The notes beneath the pieces were generated by a model. That model was not told where the DNA came from. It saw only the letters and a list, made by a program, of their open reading frames with translations, and did not search any database. From NCBI GenBank assembly GCA_964106645.2, contig OZ067042.1: a stretch of 64,000 nucleotides of DNA; one strand, written 5' to 3'. Source of the stretch: Podarcis pityusensis. Lineage: Eukaryota. Positions 61,872-64,000 of the stretch are shown here, piece after piece. Within the stretch, counting starts at the first letter, position 1. Every line of letters starts with the position of its first letter. A program made the position numbers and the translations under genes.

Positions 61872-62236
61872 AAAAGGTAAAGTTAAAAGACCCCTGACAG
61901 TTAGTTCAGTCGCAAACGACTCTGGGGTTGCGGCGCTCGTCTCGCTTTACTGGCTGAGGGAGCCAGCATTTGTCCGCAGACAGTTTTTCCGGGTCATGTG
62001 GCCAGCATGACTAAGCCGCTTCTGGCGATACCAGAGCAGCGCATGGAAATGCCGTTTACCTTGCTGCCGGAGCGGTACCTGTTTATCTACTTGAACTTTG
62101 ACATGCTTTTGAACTGCTAGGTTGGCAGGAGCTGGGGCCGAGCAACGGGAGCTCACGCCGTTGCGGGGATTCGAACTGCCAGCCTTCCAATCGGCAATCC
62201 CTAGGCTCAGTGGTTTAGACCACAGTGCCACCCGCG
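61872..62236 (-). mobile_element. Sauria SINE
   Basis: Reverse-complement homolog of 7516-7915; aaaggtaaag tail. Confidence 0.9.
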
Positions 62237-62360
62237 CTTACTTCCTTCTATATCACTACACAGTACAACTACTGGGATCCCCTTCCCTCCCCCCGTTCTC
62301 CCACTGGTGCACCCACATGGCCCCAACCCCACCGTCACCCTACCTGAAGCCCATCCACTA

Positions 62361-62633
62361 ATAATTTATTTATACCCTGCCCATCTGGTTGGGTTTCCCC
62401 AGCCACTCAGGGCGGCTTCCAATAAAACATTAAAATACAATAATCCATCAGATATTAAAAGCTTCCCTAAACAGGGCTGCATTCTGATGTCTTTAATTTC
62501 TTTGACATCTGATGGGAGGGTGTTCCACAGGGCGGGCGCCACTACCGAGAAGGCCCTCTGCCTGGTTCCCTGTAACTTTGCTTCTCGCAGTGAGGGAACC
62601 ACTAGAAGGCTCTCAGCGCTGGACCTCAGTGTC
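62361..62633 (-). mobile_element. L2-clade LINE 3' end
   Basis: LRSSAESLLVVPSLREAKLQGTRQRAFSVVAPALWNTLP; same family as 46413 and 60158. Confidence 0.88.
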
Positions 62634-62837
62634 GGATTCCAGTGCTGGAAAGAAGGTTTGGTCGCTCTGTCCCAATGCATGTGCCACTACTGAGGGGGAA
62701 TCCCCAGGGCTCTTATAACGCAGTTAGGCAGTTCTGCCACCCAATGGTGCACAGATCTGTCATGCAAATTCATCTTTAGGAGGAAGGGTGGAATATAAAA
62801 TATATTTGTTGATTTGTAAAATATATTTTTATAAGCC

Positions 62838-63385
62838 TGTTGTTTTTGTCCATGGAGTTTTCTTGGCAGGGATACTGAAGTGGCTTGCCAGTTCCTGTTC
62901 CAGGTGGATCACGTTTAGTCAAAACTCTCCACTATGACTTGTCCATCTTGGGTGGCCCTGCGTGGCATAGCTCATAGCTTCTCTGAGTTATTCAAGCCCC
63001 TTCGCCACAACAAGGCAGTGATCCATGAAGGAGCTGGAGGAGACTCTTGAGAGTCCCATGGAATGCAAGAAGATCAAACCTATTCATTCTTAAGGAAATC
63101 AGCCCTGAGTGCTCACTGGAAGGACAGATCGTGAAGCTGAGGCTCCAAGACTTTGGCCACCTCATGAGAAGAGAAGACTCCCTGGAAAAGACCCTGATGT
63201 TGGGAAAGATTGAGGGCACAAGGAGAAGGGGACGACAGAGAATGAGATGGTTGGACAGTGTTCTTGAAGCTACCAGCATGAGTCTGACCAAACTGCGGGA
63301 GGCAGTGGAAGACAGGAGTGCCTGGCATGCTCTGGTCCATGGGGTCACGAAGAGTCGGACGCGACTAAATGACTAAACAACAACA
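62838..63385 (+). mobile_element. RTE-BovB insertion: inverted 5' segment (62838-63031, minus) plus 3' end (63032-63385, plus)
   Basis: LRVPWNARRSN..ILKEISPECSLEGQIVKLRL..FGHLMRREDSLEKTLMLGKIEG.RRRGRQRMRWLD; (CAA)n tail; 18/19-bp flanking direct repeat. Confidence 0.9.
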
Positions 63386-64000
63386 AAAATATATTTGTTT
63401 ATTTAACAAATAAAACTGTAGGGGGAAAATCCCAATAAGATGAACAAAATAGCCTACTCCCATTCACCTTCTCTGATCTTCCTAAAAATAAAACAAAATA
63501 ATAGTATGCAGCTCTTTTATGGACTTAAATAAAATAGGTCAATTCATTCCCAGAGAATAAAGTACACATTCTAGAGATGGTGCAGCACAATGTTGTTCTA
63601 TTACATTTATATCCCTCCTTTGCCCCTTACATTACAGAGCTAAAGGTGATATAGAGAGGCTACTGGTTTCACCCACTATCTTTATCCTCTGCTCAGGAAA
63701 ACGGACATGGGGTTTGCTCTTCTAAATTATGGGGTGGAACAATAGGCTAACGTGATAGTGATACACACAATTACACCTATTTGCATGTCAGGCAGTGCCA
63801 GATCACCAGAATAATTCTGCAAAAGCAGAACCCCTGCTATAGACCAGCACCGTATGTGCCTACTCCACCCAACCTTGCATTTCATCCACTCGGATCTGCC
63901 AGGCCTTGCATTCTATGGAACATCCTTTATGAGCATACTGTACATTTATTTTCTGAAGTAAACCCACAGTGGGATCTAATTTCAGACCTATGGAGGCTGA

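Noticed and set aside
29400-64000. A second host protein-coding gene or a prokaryote-type system (CRISPR, operon)
   Set aside because: No exon chain or spacer-repeat array is visible; all protein-like segments are TE-derived.

Overview
This is vertebrate genomic DNA from a squamate. The repeat content (Sauria SINE, Squam3-like SINE, RTE-BovB, L2, Penelope-like, Tc1/pogo and hAT MITEs) suggests a lizard, probably a lacertid; that assignment is inference. Bases 1-~29360 hold the 3' half of TCF7L2 (TCF-4, the Wnt/beta-catenin HMG-box factor) on the + strand. Using the 17-exon nomenclature I can read exons 8-17 with canonical AG/GT boundaries: the SFLSS alternative acceptor, both HMG exons, the NLS exon, alternative exons 13-16 (CRARF/CRALF C-clamp exons and a 25-nt microexon), the dual-frame last exon with two CtBP motifs, and a ~1.8 kb 3' UTR with two AATAAA signals. 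The rest of the window has no recognisable host gene and is rich in transposable elements. Most ORF-track entries are spurious or TE-derived. The best leads are in TCF7L2 splicing: (1) a perfect 12-nt tandem duplication of the exon 11 splice donor, which could insert VGGY between the HMG box and the basic tail; (2) a candidate extra 45-nt exon in the last intron behind a 152-nt AG-free pyrimidine tract; (3) exon 16 carrying a stop in both reachable frames. TE curiosities include a Penelope-like fragment with a truncated hammerhead core and a BovB insertion with an inverted 5' end. Two assembly gaps (455-834, 19972-20100) limit what can be seen. Comparisons to human sequence are from memory and need an alignment.
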